The notes: generated by a model not told the origin, from the letters alone. Positions 45,747 to 59,832 are shown, counted from the stretch's first letter. The stretch: DNA of 64,000 nucleotides from the human T2T-CHM13v2.0 reference genome, Homo sapiens (GCF_009914755.1 NC_060927.1), one strand, 5' to 3'. Numbers and translations: made by a program.

Positions 45747-48194
45747 CTAGAAATGTCACGAATCAAGCTGCTAATAACAGTTATTTCTGTGGATTGGGAT
45801 TGACAGGTGTAAGGAAGAATGTCACTTTTTATACTTTCCTGAAATGCTTGAATCTTTTATTGTAAATATGCATTTGTAAATATGCATTCGTATTGTAAAT
45901 ATGAATTCGTTTTGTAAATAAAAACTGCTTTTAAAAATGGGGTATCATAGGATTGAGTGGTTTCTTTCTTCACACTCAAACATGGGGAATGGCTAGCAAA
46001 GACTGGATAATACATAGACAGGCTTCTGTAACTTGAGAAAGATGTGGTCAACTTAAAAAAAATGAAAATAAGATTAGGTTTGAAACAAGGATCTGGAAAA
46101 AAAAAAAAGGCTAGTAAGGTGGGAATTTGTAAACCTGTAGAAAACCCAGTAGAATAGTAAATGATGGACCTTACCTAACAGAAGAAATTGGGTACAAAGT
46201 GTTCTGCACGTATTAATTAAGGTATAGGGAAGAGAAGCTGAAGGATTTAGGTTGGAAATAAAATGAACTCTTTTAGTAAGAGGAAGGTAAACATGGGCTT
46301 GGGGACTTCTGAACTTTGAGAACTGCATGGTACAGGAGGGGTTTTCGTGGTAACAATTGCTGCCCTGGACAGCCCCGGTGGCTAACTGGATTCTTTCCAC
46401 CTCTCTCCAAGTCCGCTCTCCCATGGTGCTGTGAGGCCATCTTTCTCAAACTTAAACCTGAGCTGGTCACCTCTCCCTCCCCGAACACACACACAGCTCG
46501 CCGGAGGCCCTGTTAAAACTCTTCAGTGGTCTTCTGTTATTCTGAAGTCTACAATCTGGAACAAGTCCAGCCTGGCACAACCCTTATTCCCTTCACAATG
46601 CAACCCTTCCCTTCTAGACCACACTCCCTTGCACTTGGGCCTTTGCTCAGCCTGCACTTTGTTCCTTCTTTCACTGATTAGCTTCCTCTTCCTTCTGGCC
46701 TCACTTGAATTATAACCTTCTTCAATCTGGCTAAATTTCCTATTAGTTGCTATCAGAGGACCCCGTGCTTCTGCTTGGTATGCAGTTTGCAAGCATTTGT
46801 CTTCTCCCCACCAACTACGAGCACTTGAGACCAGGAACCAGGCATTTCTAGCCCCCACCATGTACCTGGCACAGAGCTGATCTTCAATAAATGTGTTGAG
46901 GAAATGAGAAATAGAGTAGCAAGCCTTGCCTATTACACATGCAGGAATGAACAGCCTTTCTGAGATATTTTCCCTTCAATTCCACAATCTTATGAGACCA
47001 AAGAGAATTTATTCTCTGAGGGATAAATATAAAGTACAGCACTTAATGGAGTGGTGTTTAGAGCTCTCAGCTGTGAAGACCATGCCTTTATTCCCTCCAG
47101 AGACATGACAATAAAGACTTTTCAGTTAGGTGGAAAGGTGATGCAGTCAAGGGTAGCAGTCGCATGCAATACTTGAGTATTTACTGTATAATTCAACAGT
47201 TATCACTACTTTGCTTAAATCCATGTACTTGCAAAGAGATCTTGTGCTTTGGATCCATTGGACACCTAATAACTACACTAATGAAGTAAAGCCACACTCC
47301 TCTTGCCTCTGACAATGACCACAATGCATAAAGACATCACTTAGGGGTGGGAGGGAGTAGTCAAACAATTTTCACAGAAGATCCACTCCTGCAAAAAATA
47401 CCCTAAATCATTGTGTTGGAGAGGGCATTTCCCTTCACATAAGCTTCTAATGATTTGTATTGCCAAAGCACTTGGATCTCACTGTGCTAAACATCCACGA
47501 TGCTGATGGTGTTGCCTCAAAGGAGAAATCGCTTGGAGGAACCTGAAAGGGCTTTTCCTTTTATGATTAATGCAGGCCACCAAAGGTGGTCTCGGATTGC
47601 CCCCAGCTGGAAAAATCCTGACGGCATAATTGAGTCTCTGCACATTTGGTGTGGCTGTTTATGGCAGGCAAAGAACTTGCATGACATAAGGGCTTTACAA
47701 ACAGCTTCAACTGTTGGTTAAGCCAGGGACCACTTTGAGATGCCATCTTTTATAAAGGAGATACTAGGGAAGTGAGCAGAGTTCATAATTACCATCCTGG
47801 TGACAAAGCAAAATACAGCAAAGGAGATGGGTTGGAGGAAGGCCTACTATTCAACAAAATGCCTTTTGAACGCCCAGGAGATTAGGTTCTGGAGGAAAAC
47901 CCCAAACACTAAGTCATAAAAAGGAACAACCAAAAACTGTGTGAAGGAAACTGGAAAGTTATTCAACACTACCTGATCCACCCCCACGAACGTTAGGTCA
48001 CTTGAGAATGGTTAACTTTCGTATCTAGTGTGACTTGGGAGTATATCTAATTCCACACACATCTACCTCCTGAAGTTAGACTTAGAGATGACTTTGTCTC
48101 AGTTTTCACAGCACAGCATTTTGGTTTCATATTCCTCAGCAATGGTTAAGTGTAGTATTTTGTTGAATAGTATGTACTATACTATTCATAATTA

Positions 48195-48557
<363 letters not shown>

Positions 48558-48854
48558 TCATTTATTTTGATTGGAAAATAAACCAGGACAACAAAAAGAG
48601 TAGAGTACTCATTGCCACGCAGAAATCTTCCTCAATTAAAAAAAAAAAAAAAGTTCGTGTCATTTACTGAGGACTCTTCTGATTGCCAAAGATGTGTATC
48701 TATTCTTAGCTCTGTGAAGTATGTCCTTTTACAGATGAGGAAATGGAGGCTTCAGAGGAGGTTAAGGAATGTGCCCAAGAATCACACCAGAAGTGATGAA
48801 GCTCTTAGCTTGGCAGGATTTGTTTTATTATCAGGGTTCTGTGCTATACTGTGC

Positions 48855-49015
48855 TGTGCTGTTTAAACTTTCATGTGCATAAGGCATAGCTGAGGATCTT
48901 ATTAACTGTACATTCTGACTCAGTAGGTCTGGAGTAGGGCTGAGAATCTGCATTTCTAACAAGCTCCTCAGTGATGATGAGGCAGCTGGTCCACAGACCA
49001 CACTTTGAGTAGCAA
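48855..49015. mobile_element. MER5A (preceded by a MIR fragment at about 48.72-48.8 kb)
   Basis: GAATCTGCATTTCTAACAAGCTCC...GACCACACTTTGAGTAGCA. Confidence 0.8.
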
Positions 49016-49169
49016 GGCACTATGCTATTGCAATGGCATAGATCCTGCTCTTTCAACACAACGGCATTTCATCAAGTTGGAGTCAGGGGCCCTCAATTGA
49101 TTACTTGACCCTGATACATTTGAGACAACATAGAGACAAGGAAGATATCAATCCAGAAGCAATAGTGGT

Positions 49170-52017
49170 TGTGGAATGCATACATTTCCATGTATTTTTA
49201 CAGTAAAAATGCATTAAAAAATCTTTCACAAAAGAAACTTAAAAAATACAATTAGGGTGTTGAGTCCTCCCCCCCAACATTCTTTCAGGCATCAACTGTG
49301 TAACGGAGGGAGACAAATTCCTAAATCGTTTGATTTCATCATACAAAATACTCATCCATTATCTCTCATCAAGACATTTACATTAAGTGGGGGAGGGGGG
49401 CGGCGGGATTAAGGAAAGTAGGCTCACAAGAATCAGTTTCCAATTTAAGGTTACAGCAGTTCAAAGAAAACTATATCTTTCTGCATAATGCATAGTCCCT
49501 GTACAGTACAATATTTCCAAACAAATCTGATGTGTGGAATTCAGGTGAAACTGCCACACCAAAAAGTCCACGGATTGAGACAAGCCCAGGTGGGTAGCAC
49601 ATAGATTTTAAATTGCCAAATATCATCTTACAACAAGAAGGACATCAAGATGTTAACTTCAGGATATATTCCCAAAATCCACCTTGATTTCATTTATTTA
49701 AAACTCTGGATCACAATTGAGAGCATCAGTCATTTAACATCACAGATTTTGTTAGAACTAGTGAGAAGAATCCTAGCAGTGGAGCCCTGGGAATAAAATC
49801 TCCAAGTCAGCTCTTAGGAACTTGATGAAAAAGAACATCATTATTCAGTTGTACTCTTCCTCAGCCTTACTACAGCTCAATGTATGCTTTGTATGGAAAA
49901 CTTTAATAATAAAAATAGCATTCACAGACTTTTCCCTCCTTTTTAGCTACAGAATGTATATTGTGTCTGTTCCAGGAAAGGAACTTGTTTTATAAATGTC
50001 CACACAACTACAGCTACTCATTCTAATGTTATGTATAAACCCATAAGTCAAATAAAGCTATGAACAATGTAATATTTATATATGCATAGTGTTTTATAAA
50101 AAGATTGGCCCACATACTGCTTTTCATCAATACAGAAAGAGCATTAAGTCCATAGCACACTGCAAGAAATAAATGAGTGAAGAACAGAGAATGCAAACAA
50201 GTGCTTAATAATTCACAAGCAGGCTCACCATGGAGGAAATGATGATATTCAAACCAACTAAAGCTTTAGAGAATTACTTATATAGTCTCCCATTTTAAAA
50301 CAACTTTACATACCTGATTTAGTTTACATTAAAATATATCCCCATGAATCAATTTGTTCCATATTCAGAAATATAAACACGTATCACATTCCTCACAGCT
50401 AAATTTTGTCATAAATTCTCTTTTATACAAGAAAAAAAGGCAACAGTTGTTTTCTTTTTTTTCCCAACAGGCTCTATTAATTACAATTTTTAGCTCTGTA
50501 CACGCAATGATTGGCTGGTTTTCTTTTTTTTTTTCTTTTTCCTTTTTTTTTTTCTTACAGTACCATGGGAACAACAGTGATTGACTTGCAAAGTTTTCTG
50601 TCTCTATGGAAAATGCAAAACAGTACTACAGAAATACACAATGCACTGTAAGCAGCGGTTTGCTGTAGTGGTCCAACAGGTACAAGCAAACATTTTGGCT
50701 CAGCTAGGCAGTAATCCACTTAAACCACATCCCGGGGCTACGGCCGACCCAACCACAGCTCCTGTGGGATCAAAAAGAATGGGTCTGTTTAAAAATAAAA
50801 ATTGTTATGTTTTGTGCTGCTGTCCAAAGGACTCAAAGGACAGAGTCATGAGGCAGAAGTTTCCCAACCAGATCTAGAATCACTGGGACCACTTCCTTCC
50901 TTTCCCTTCTACCAACCTAGAGACTTGGACTATGGTTTCAAAGTGAAATTGGCATTTCTAACAATGAATACCCACAGCCCTCACTTCTTTAAATATCAAC
51001 AGAGAGGTTCCTTCCACCAAGGCTCATTGCCTCCTCCCCAGTTTGGCAAAGGGCAACCATGGGCTTCTACTAAAAGGGAGGGGGGCATGCTTTCCAAATT
51101 GGGGATCTTACGTCTTCCTCACACCAGGCACACTGTCCCCCCATTCCATCTACTATTCAGCCTCCAATCAGACGAGACAACACGAAAGATGCTTGTTGTC
51201 TCTTCCTCGTAGTAATTGAGCAAAGCTGTGATGGCATTGCCTTCAATGAGATTTTATCAGATGTTGGTGATGATCACGAACCTGACTGTCTGTGCTTGGG
51301 CTGTATTTGAGTAAAAGTGGCCGACATTTTTGTCTGTGTGCCTTCCTGGGCCAGGGAGAGTACAAACTGTTTTCTGAACCAACTATAACTCACAATATAA
51401 AACTTCTTTGTGCTGCGCAGTTTAGCTATAAATATCCTTCATTTGCAATAGTAGTCTTGTCATACAGTTTGCTTACTTTTAGGATCATCGGCAAACCTAA
51501 TCCATCCCCAAGGGTCCTCAGCTTTTACAAATAAAACTTTGCATTTTTGCTCTTTGCTTTTAAGAAAAACTTCCGACTACAGTATAGCACTACATCACTA
51601 CATGACAGTCTATATCAAATTAATTAAACTTAATCAATAAATTCCCTTACGTAGAGAAAATGATCAACAGCCCCATTTAACCAGGAGAGAAAAAGATTGC
51701 CCCAAAACGGGAACAATTCTTGACGATTCTACAGGTTACGTAGAAACAAAATTTATATCCCTTTGGGCCAGCATTTGGCAAATAATTTCCAAAAAAGTAT
51801 GCATTTAAAAATACTTTCTTTAATATGATACATCAGGCACAATACTTTTCATATATATTTTTTCTTATAAGATTTCAAATGCATAAAATGTTTGTTGTTA
51901 TTCATAGGATCATCAGGTGTCAGATGCTTCATTAGGTAAGAAACTAAATAATTTCAGGTTTGTGACTTTCCTCTTAGAACCTTTGACACGGTAAAGGTTG
52001 GAATGTGACTCAGCGTC
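49170..52017 (-). other. MAGI1: MAGI1 terminal-exon 3' UTR (about 2.8 kb; distal end approximate)
   Basis: AT-rich and free of recognisable transposons from the stop codon down to about 49.1 kb, where MER5A/MIR/Alu resume. Candidate polyA signals on the minus strand: ATTAAA 49902-49907, AATAAA 49693-49698, AATACA 49191-49196. Confidence 0.7.
49693..49698 (-). terminator. Candidate polyadenylation signal AATAAA of the terminal exon (a variant AATACA lies further distal at 49191-49196)
   Basis: tttatt on the + strand, within the repeat-free 3' UTR. Confidence 0.5.
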
Positions 52018-52854
<837 letters not shown>

Positions 52855-54125
52855 TCATTAGTCACAACAAGCAAACAACTGTTAAAGCAGTCAGACTCAA
52901 AGCCAACTGAATCTGTTAACTTAAGGATAACTGCACGTAGTTAGGGTTAAAAACTAGTACTTGTGGCTTTCAGCGTCTGGCTGACTGAATGTTCTCCATA
53001 CCCGAGACATAGATCATTAAAGAACTGACAAAAATCAGTCATGATTTGAGTCTTTAAAGGCACAATCCAAATAGTCTGTCTAGAGGCATCAAAATTTCCT
53101 CTCTGTAGCTATCCCTTGTTCTTCCTTTCCCACCCCCCCAACCCTTTTCCCCTGTGCCCACCCGTCTCCCACACCCAAGAAAATATTCTTTGCTTTAAAG
53201 AATACTTGTTTTGATTTACTTAAAAATAATTTAGGGTATTGATGTGAAGAAGGGGCACCTGGGAAGCTTTCTGGAGCAGGGCAGGAATCATCTACATCTT
53301 ATCTGGGTGGTGATTAAATGGGCGCATACAGAAGTGAAAAATCTACTGCACTGTATATTCAGGATTTATGCATTTTACCATATGCAGAAGTATACTTCTA
53401 TTTAAAAAAAATCCAGGGTAGCAGGCAAAGGGGATTACAGAGGCAACATGCTGGCCAGATGTTGACGACTGGCAAATGGGATATGTACGCAAGGGCCCAT
53501 TAAACTGTCCTATCTGTATTATTCAACTACGTTCTCTACTTTTGCACACATTAAAAAATAAGGAACTGTTTTTAAAAGGTGTTTTCTGATAGATAAAAGG
53601 TAGGGGAAGAGAAGCTGCTAAGTACACATTTGAGATTGGATGGGGGTCAAATAAAATTTTTGGTTTAGAGGCATTTTTTCTTTATGACATGGGAGGCAGT
53701 CATAATGACATCTAAGAGCTTGGAGTCACTGGGCTGCTTCCTATAACATCAAGGTTTCTACAGGTTTAAAAGCAGGGCAGCCCATAATGGCCCCTATTTA
53801 TCATTATTCAATATTTGAAATGACAGTGCAAATGTTTTAGGCAGTGTCCTGAATTGAGGAGAGCTCTTTTCAAAGCTAGGATGCTTTGTTGCAACTAAAC
53901 CCAACAAGTCATCCACATGACACCATTCCAAGCAAAGCACCTGAAACAAGGCACTGCAGTCTGGAGGGCAGACTTGTATGACAGTCAGAGACTAAGGGGT
54001 CACTGGGGCTCTTTAAGGATCTTTCATGAGCCAACAAGGTCAATATTTAGCAATTAACCTGTTTCATGACAACTTCCCAAAACCTAGAGTGGGTTTTTAA
54101 CAAAAAGCAAGTGAAAAGCCAAAAG

Positions 54126-54335
54126 CAGGGGTCAGCCAACTTTCTCTAAAGGGCAATAGTAAATAATCTGGGTGTTTTGGGCCACACCATCTCTGTTACA
54201 GCTATTCAGCTCTGCCACTGTGGTATAAAAACACAGGCAACACAAAAGTAATGGGCGTGCCTATGTGTCAATAAAACTTTACTTACAAAAACAGGCTATG
54301 GACAGGATTGGGCCCATGGACTGCAGTTTGCAAAG
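54126..54335. mobile_element. MER58A in the last MAGI1 intron
   Basis: CAGGGGTCAGCCAACT...CAATAAAACTTTACTTACAAAAACAGG. Confidence 0.75.
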
Positions 54336-54703
54336 AGATACCTGACCAAGCAGGAAATCTCGTCTTCCCATCTAGCAAAGCCCTACGATACAGGGCTCCA
54401 TGAAACAAGGTTCATTCTTTCTAAATACTGGGTTGGCTACGAGAATGAACAAAAAACAGGTTCTTAACAAAGGTCATGTGAAGATGTGGATACAGGAAGG
54501 CACTTGGATCACCAGTGGCTTCTTATGCCTACTTTTAAGACAAGGGAAGGCAACACTTCAACAGGGTCAGCGTTGTACTTACAATTCAAAGAACGCAGGG
54601 TGCTCAGAATGAATTGCCAAACATATCAAAACAGAGCTAAGCAGAAGCAATGAGGAAATTAGGCCACAGCACAGAAACACCTAGTATTGATTGAGCTACA
54701 AAC

Positions 54704-54792
54704 CGTAGTTTGATTATGGCCCATAAGGTAGAAGCAAGCCTCCCCGAGCTTTTCATTTCTCATACATGCAGCGATATTAGGAGGTATCATCG
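54704..54792 (-). CDS. MAGI1: MAGI1 isoform-b cassette exon (89 nt; (A)MIPPNIAACMRNEKLGEACFYLMGHNQTT)
   Basis: cccttccacag|CG ATG ATA CCT...CAA ACT ACG|gtttgt. The upstream G plus CG gives Ala, in phase. The peptide lies within track ORF 54659..54925 and matches the MAGI-1b tail. Confidence 0.9.
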
Positions 54793-54931
54793 CTGTGGAA
54801 GGGAGGGCCCAGCACCAAGAACAGTCAGAGAGAAGGAGAAAGAGAGAAAGAGAAAAAGTTGAACATTTAGATTCCCTATAACACAGAGGAAAGAAAAAAA
54901 ATCTACATTTGTTAACATAGGGCAAAGAGAG

Positions 54932-54937
54932 TTTATT
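54932..54937 (-). terminator. Candidate intronic polyA signal AATAAA ending the isoform-a 3' UTR (other candidates at 55400-55405 and 56212-56217)
   Basis: tttatt on the + strand, followed on the minus strand by a U-rich tract (about 54892-54901). The region 54.9-56.8 kb is repeat-poor, as expected for a UTR. Confidence 0.5.
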
Positions 54938-56788
54938 TGTCCAGTCAGACAGTCTAAGGCAACACTCAAATAAGGCTGCAGAGACCGCAATCGGAACAGT
55001 GACATTTTTAGACAGCCATAAGGTGACTCGAGAACCCAGACAACGAATGCATCCTTTTTTGTTTTGTTTTGTTTTGTTTTTTCAAACAACTGGAACAATG
55101 ACAGGCTGGCATAGGAGAGCATTAACAATAAACAACAAAAGAACAAAATCCCTTCCCACCCCCACCAAAGACCGCGGCAGTTAAATTAAGTACAAAAAAC
55201 TCATTACAAAAATAGCCTCACAGAGAAGCAGGTTCCAATCAAGTCAGAAAAATATTGGAACTTAACATATTATAACCCATTTGTGACTCTAATCAATGGA
55301 ATTAGAGAGATTTAGTCCAAGTGACGCATGGAGACATTACAGTAGCACAACCCTGTGGCAGGTTCAACCCTTCTTGGAAAACCATGTATTTAAATGATCT
55401 TTATTTTTAGCCCAAAGAACATTTGTTAGTGTTGGATTTTCATCCTCAGTGCAACAGACATAGGTTTTGAGAAGGTACACAGGTTACTGACGATGACTCT
55501 CAAATGAAATATCACATCCAACAGAAGCATAGGGAAGACAGAAAAGGGAGACAATGTTACACAGTTTCAGTGGTATCAATACACCTAATGGTCAGAAGTT
55601 CAGTACAGTGCACAGCCACGGCATCTTAATGTTGTCAAAATACTTCCCCTGTGGTTGGCCATGTCTATAGGGGCCTTGTCTAATACCCACCCTCCCCCTG
55701 TACCTCGGACCCCTCGTATTTTGCACCTGTACAAATGTCGAACACCTGGGAAGGCTGGCCCTCCAAGGAGCTATCCTTCTCCTTGAGCTGCATCTGAATT
55801 AAACATCTCATCAAGTCCAAAATGCAACTGAGAATTGTGCAGAATGACTTTCAGAAAAGAGGGTGATAATAGATAAATCCCTAATAAAGGGGACCAACGT
55901 ATCTGGGGACCATTCAATCACAGTTTCTATAGAAACTTTGGTAGACCTTTGGTTGGGAAAAAAAGCCCTACATCTAGGGCATAGCTTCTTCTTTTTTTTT
56001 TTTTTTTTAATTTTAAACACAAATCTCAAATAAATAGGACATAATTATTATCATATACAATATTTTGCCATCAGAACACTAAGCTATGTAAAGATCATTG
56101 CTGTCTACTCAAATCAAGTCTAAAGATATGACAAAGGAACTCTATGTATAACCTGGCTTTCCTCATAGGAAAGGTATAGTCACATGTTTCCCTCATGATG
56201 AGCACTGGGAATTTATTTCATCCTTTATCATTTAAAAACATTATGGCTAATATATTAACAGTTTTTGTTTGTTTGTTTGATAGTAGTGGGCTCAGATGGT
56301 CTGATTTGGGGTAAGACACCAGTTGGGGGATGGAGAAGTGTTGTATACAGAGCATAAGGGAGGTTAGCAAAGCCCCCAAATCTCTCAAAATTTCATGCCT
56401 CTTAAATAAAGACACCAAGTAACCAAAAAGGAAAAAATAATTGTGCCTCAACATATCACTCAGGAAACCTGCTTTCCTGCTTCTTAAAAGGAGTATATAG
56501 TCATTTTGTGCTAACAATTGGATCTGAGGAACAGTTTGGCACAGTACAAACAAACATTCCTTCGCTCTTGGTCGGACTAGACAAAACGTTCTCTCTGATT
56601 ATCAGAAAGGGGGCTATAAAGATCTTGTCTTAGGCCATGCCCCAGTCCACGTAAGCAAGCAAAAGGATGAAATGTGTAGAGATTTCAGAACAAGCGAGGC
56701 AAATAATCACATGGTGCGAGAGGCTGGTAAGACACTGGTGAATAGGGGAAACAAAAAAGACTTTCCTGCTGCCGTTCTGGAGACAAAT

Positions 56789-57037
<249 letters not shown>

Positions 57038-57224
57038 TTATTAAGCACGTGGCAGAACATCTATTGCTTTGGAGGTGGCAGTGACAAAAACAAACAGAAA
57101 TCCCTGCCCTCATGGAGATTATATTCTAAAGAGGGAAAGACAATTAAGAAAATTAGAAAACTACATATATGCCAAATCACATGAGAAAGGGGGGAAAAAA
57201 AGCAGTAAGGGCATGTTAATGGTT

Positions 57225-57610
57225 GGGGTAGGCAGCTTTTAAGAAGGCTCCCATGATTTCTGCCTCCTTGCATTCACAACCTGTGTAATCTCCCCCTGCC
57301 TTTGAATGTGAGCTACGTCAAGTGACTTGCTTCTAATAAACAGAATATGGCAAACATGATATCAGTTCAAAGATCAGGTCATAAAACGATTTTGTCATCT
57401 GTCTTACTTGCCCTCTTTTCTTCTCTCACTTGTTTGCCCTGATGCATGTTATGAGCTATCCTCTGGAGTCCCATGATAATGAAATGAGGGACTGCCCTAT
57501 AAGGCACTGAATCCTGGTAACAACCACGTGAGTGAGCTTAAAAAGCAAACCCTTCCCCAGGTGAGACTTCAGATGAGACCATAATCCTGACTGATGTATT
57601 GAATGCAGCA
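57225..57610 (+). mobile_element. MLT1-type LTR flanked by L2 fragments (intronic)
   Basis: GTGACTTGCTTCTAATAAACAGAATATGGCA and AACCACGTGAGTGAGCTT motifs. Confidence 0.6.
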
Positions 57611-59080
57611 TTCACTTTGTGTCAGCCACTATTTTAGACACTGGAAATAAAAGAATAAATAAGACGAGGCAGATCCCCACTCAAATAGAGCTTATATTCT
57701 AAAAAGAGGAGGAATGGCACTGGCTTTCAAGTCTACAGTCTTTAATTTGAATCCTATCATTTGGTAACTGATTTGCTCCCAGTACTTTAACTTCCTGGAG
57801 TCTACTTTCTTACTTATAGAAGAGGCTGATAATACCACTCACACCTACCAAGCTGCTGGCATCAAATCAGGTAATACATGTAAACCTGTCATGTAAACTA
57901 TACACCATTATACAAAGTAGCATAATAATATTTCATTTGATTAACTTTTTAAAGAGATTAAATTTTTAAAGTAATTTAAAGTAAAGTAATTTAAAGTAAT
58001 TAACTTTTTAAAGTGATTAAAAGGCAAGGGAAAATAAATTCCTTATATCTGAAATTTCAAACAAAAAAAATATGTACCACCATGTATCTCCCCTTGAATA
58101 TATACATGCAAAAGAAAAGAATATGAGAGAAACTGGTATACTGTTTGGCCCTGGACACTGTATTTTTACTACATTTTTCACTGTTTAATTTTCTTAAAAC
58201 ACATTCAATGCTCTACCTTCTCAATTTTAAATGTTAAAAAATTCATGCTGAACAAACTTAAACATCAAGATTGTGGCTTAAGTGCAAGTGTTACGATCCT
58301 CACCCTTAATCAGTTTTTCCCTTTTTCTGCTCAGGCCCAACTGCATTCACTTTTTTCCTTTCCTGGCCTGACTGTCTTGATTTCTTTTAATTTGTTGTAA
58401 ATGGCTCTCCATGGGCAATTCCCAATCTATGTGACCTATCTATGGGTAGATGATTTATGTTTTCTTAATCATCTAATCTGCCCAGGAGAACAGCACATTC
58501 ATCTACAGTAACAGATATTAGCGAAACAGAGCAGAGTGGACTTTTGGCATTTATGTATTAAAAATCTGTAGCTCTTACTACAGAGCAACTCTGAATATTC
58601 ATGCCACAGAGCCCTGGCTCTTTGCTAAGGCAGAGAGTAGACTTGCTGTCTCTGAGCCTAAGGTAAGACCACTGGTAACCAGCTAGAGGATAAGTAGACC
58701 TCACTGCCCAGAATCTACAGGGCCATATGGCTTTCCTGCTTTCTAAGCATCCCAGGGTACCCCAGAATTCCTGTCAAGTGATGTGCCTGCCCCATGACAT
58801 TAAGCACAAAAACTATAGAAATGGGCTCTGAAAAATATCTACTTTAATATATTTGAAAGTAATTTAAATCCTTTATTCCCTATATCAACCCCAAAGAGTT
58901 GGAAGTGTTCACCTAACTTTAGCAGCTATAATTAATTGTGCTTTAGGCAGAAATATTTGGTAGGGTAGGAGTCATGCACTTAAGAGAATCATGAAAGCTA
59001 TAGAAAATGTAGTTCTTATGAACATGAACATTCTAACCATATATGACAAGAATTCACTGCAGATGGTTTCTTTGCACCTA

Positions 59081-59248
<168 letters not shown>

Positions 59249-59702
59249 CTATTTAAAGAAATTAAATGCAATCATTCTAGGAGAACTAATATCCATAGGA
59301 CTCTTCCTAAACATTCTTGGCAAAAAGGCACAATCTCTATCCCCCTCTTGGTGACTCTTGTTTATTAATAATCTTGATTCATCCTCATTAATCTCAGAAG
59401 TCACAGATCCAGAATTTGAAAACAGTTATGAGCATGTCTATATGCATCTGTGTATTTATTATAACATGTGGATTAAAATTTAATCAGTGAGGCTGTGATT
59501 TGCATTTGGGGAAGGACAATTCCTCATTACATGATACCAGCCACCTGGCTGCTGGATGCCCAGCCTCCCTGACCTGTGTCCAATAAATGCTGGCTGTGCC
59601 CATCATGAGGATACCAACAAAACCTCTCCAAATCCTGATCAAGGAAAATTATGAAGGGATAACTGAAAGCCCCCAGGCAACCAGTAAAGAAAGAACCCAG
59701 CT

Positions 59703-59801
59703 GGGGACTTGTAATACCAGCTACTCAGGAGGCTGAGACAGGATGATTGCTTGAGCCCAGGAGTTTCAGTCCAGTCTGGGCAGCACAGTGAGACCCCTGT
59801 C

Positions 59802-59832
<31 letters not shown>
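59703..59832 (+). mobile_element. Alu monomer (FLAM-like) with long A tail (intronic)
   Basis: TGTAATACCAGCTACTCAGGAGGCTGAG...GAGACCCCTGTCTC followed by poly-A. Confidence 0.8.

Noticed and set aside
48561-48566. AATAAA on the minus strand as the MAGI1 distal polyA signal
   Set aside because: Lies beyond MER5A/MIR relics and abuts an Alu tail. AT-rich chance match is more likely than the main site, though minor use is not excluded.
50354-51534. Chain of + strand ORFs antisense to the 3' UTR
   Set aside because: Non-ATG or low-complexity ORFs with no coding signature.
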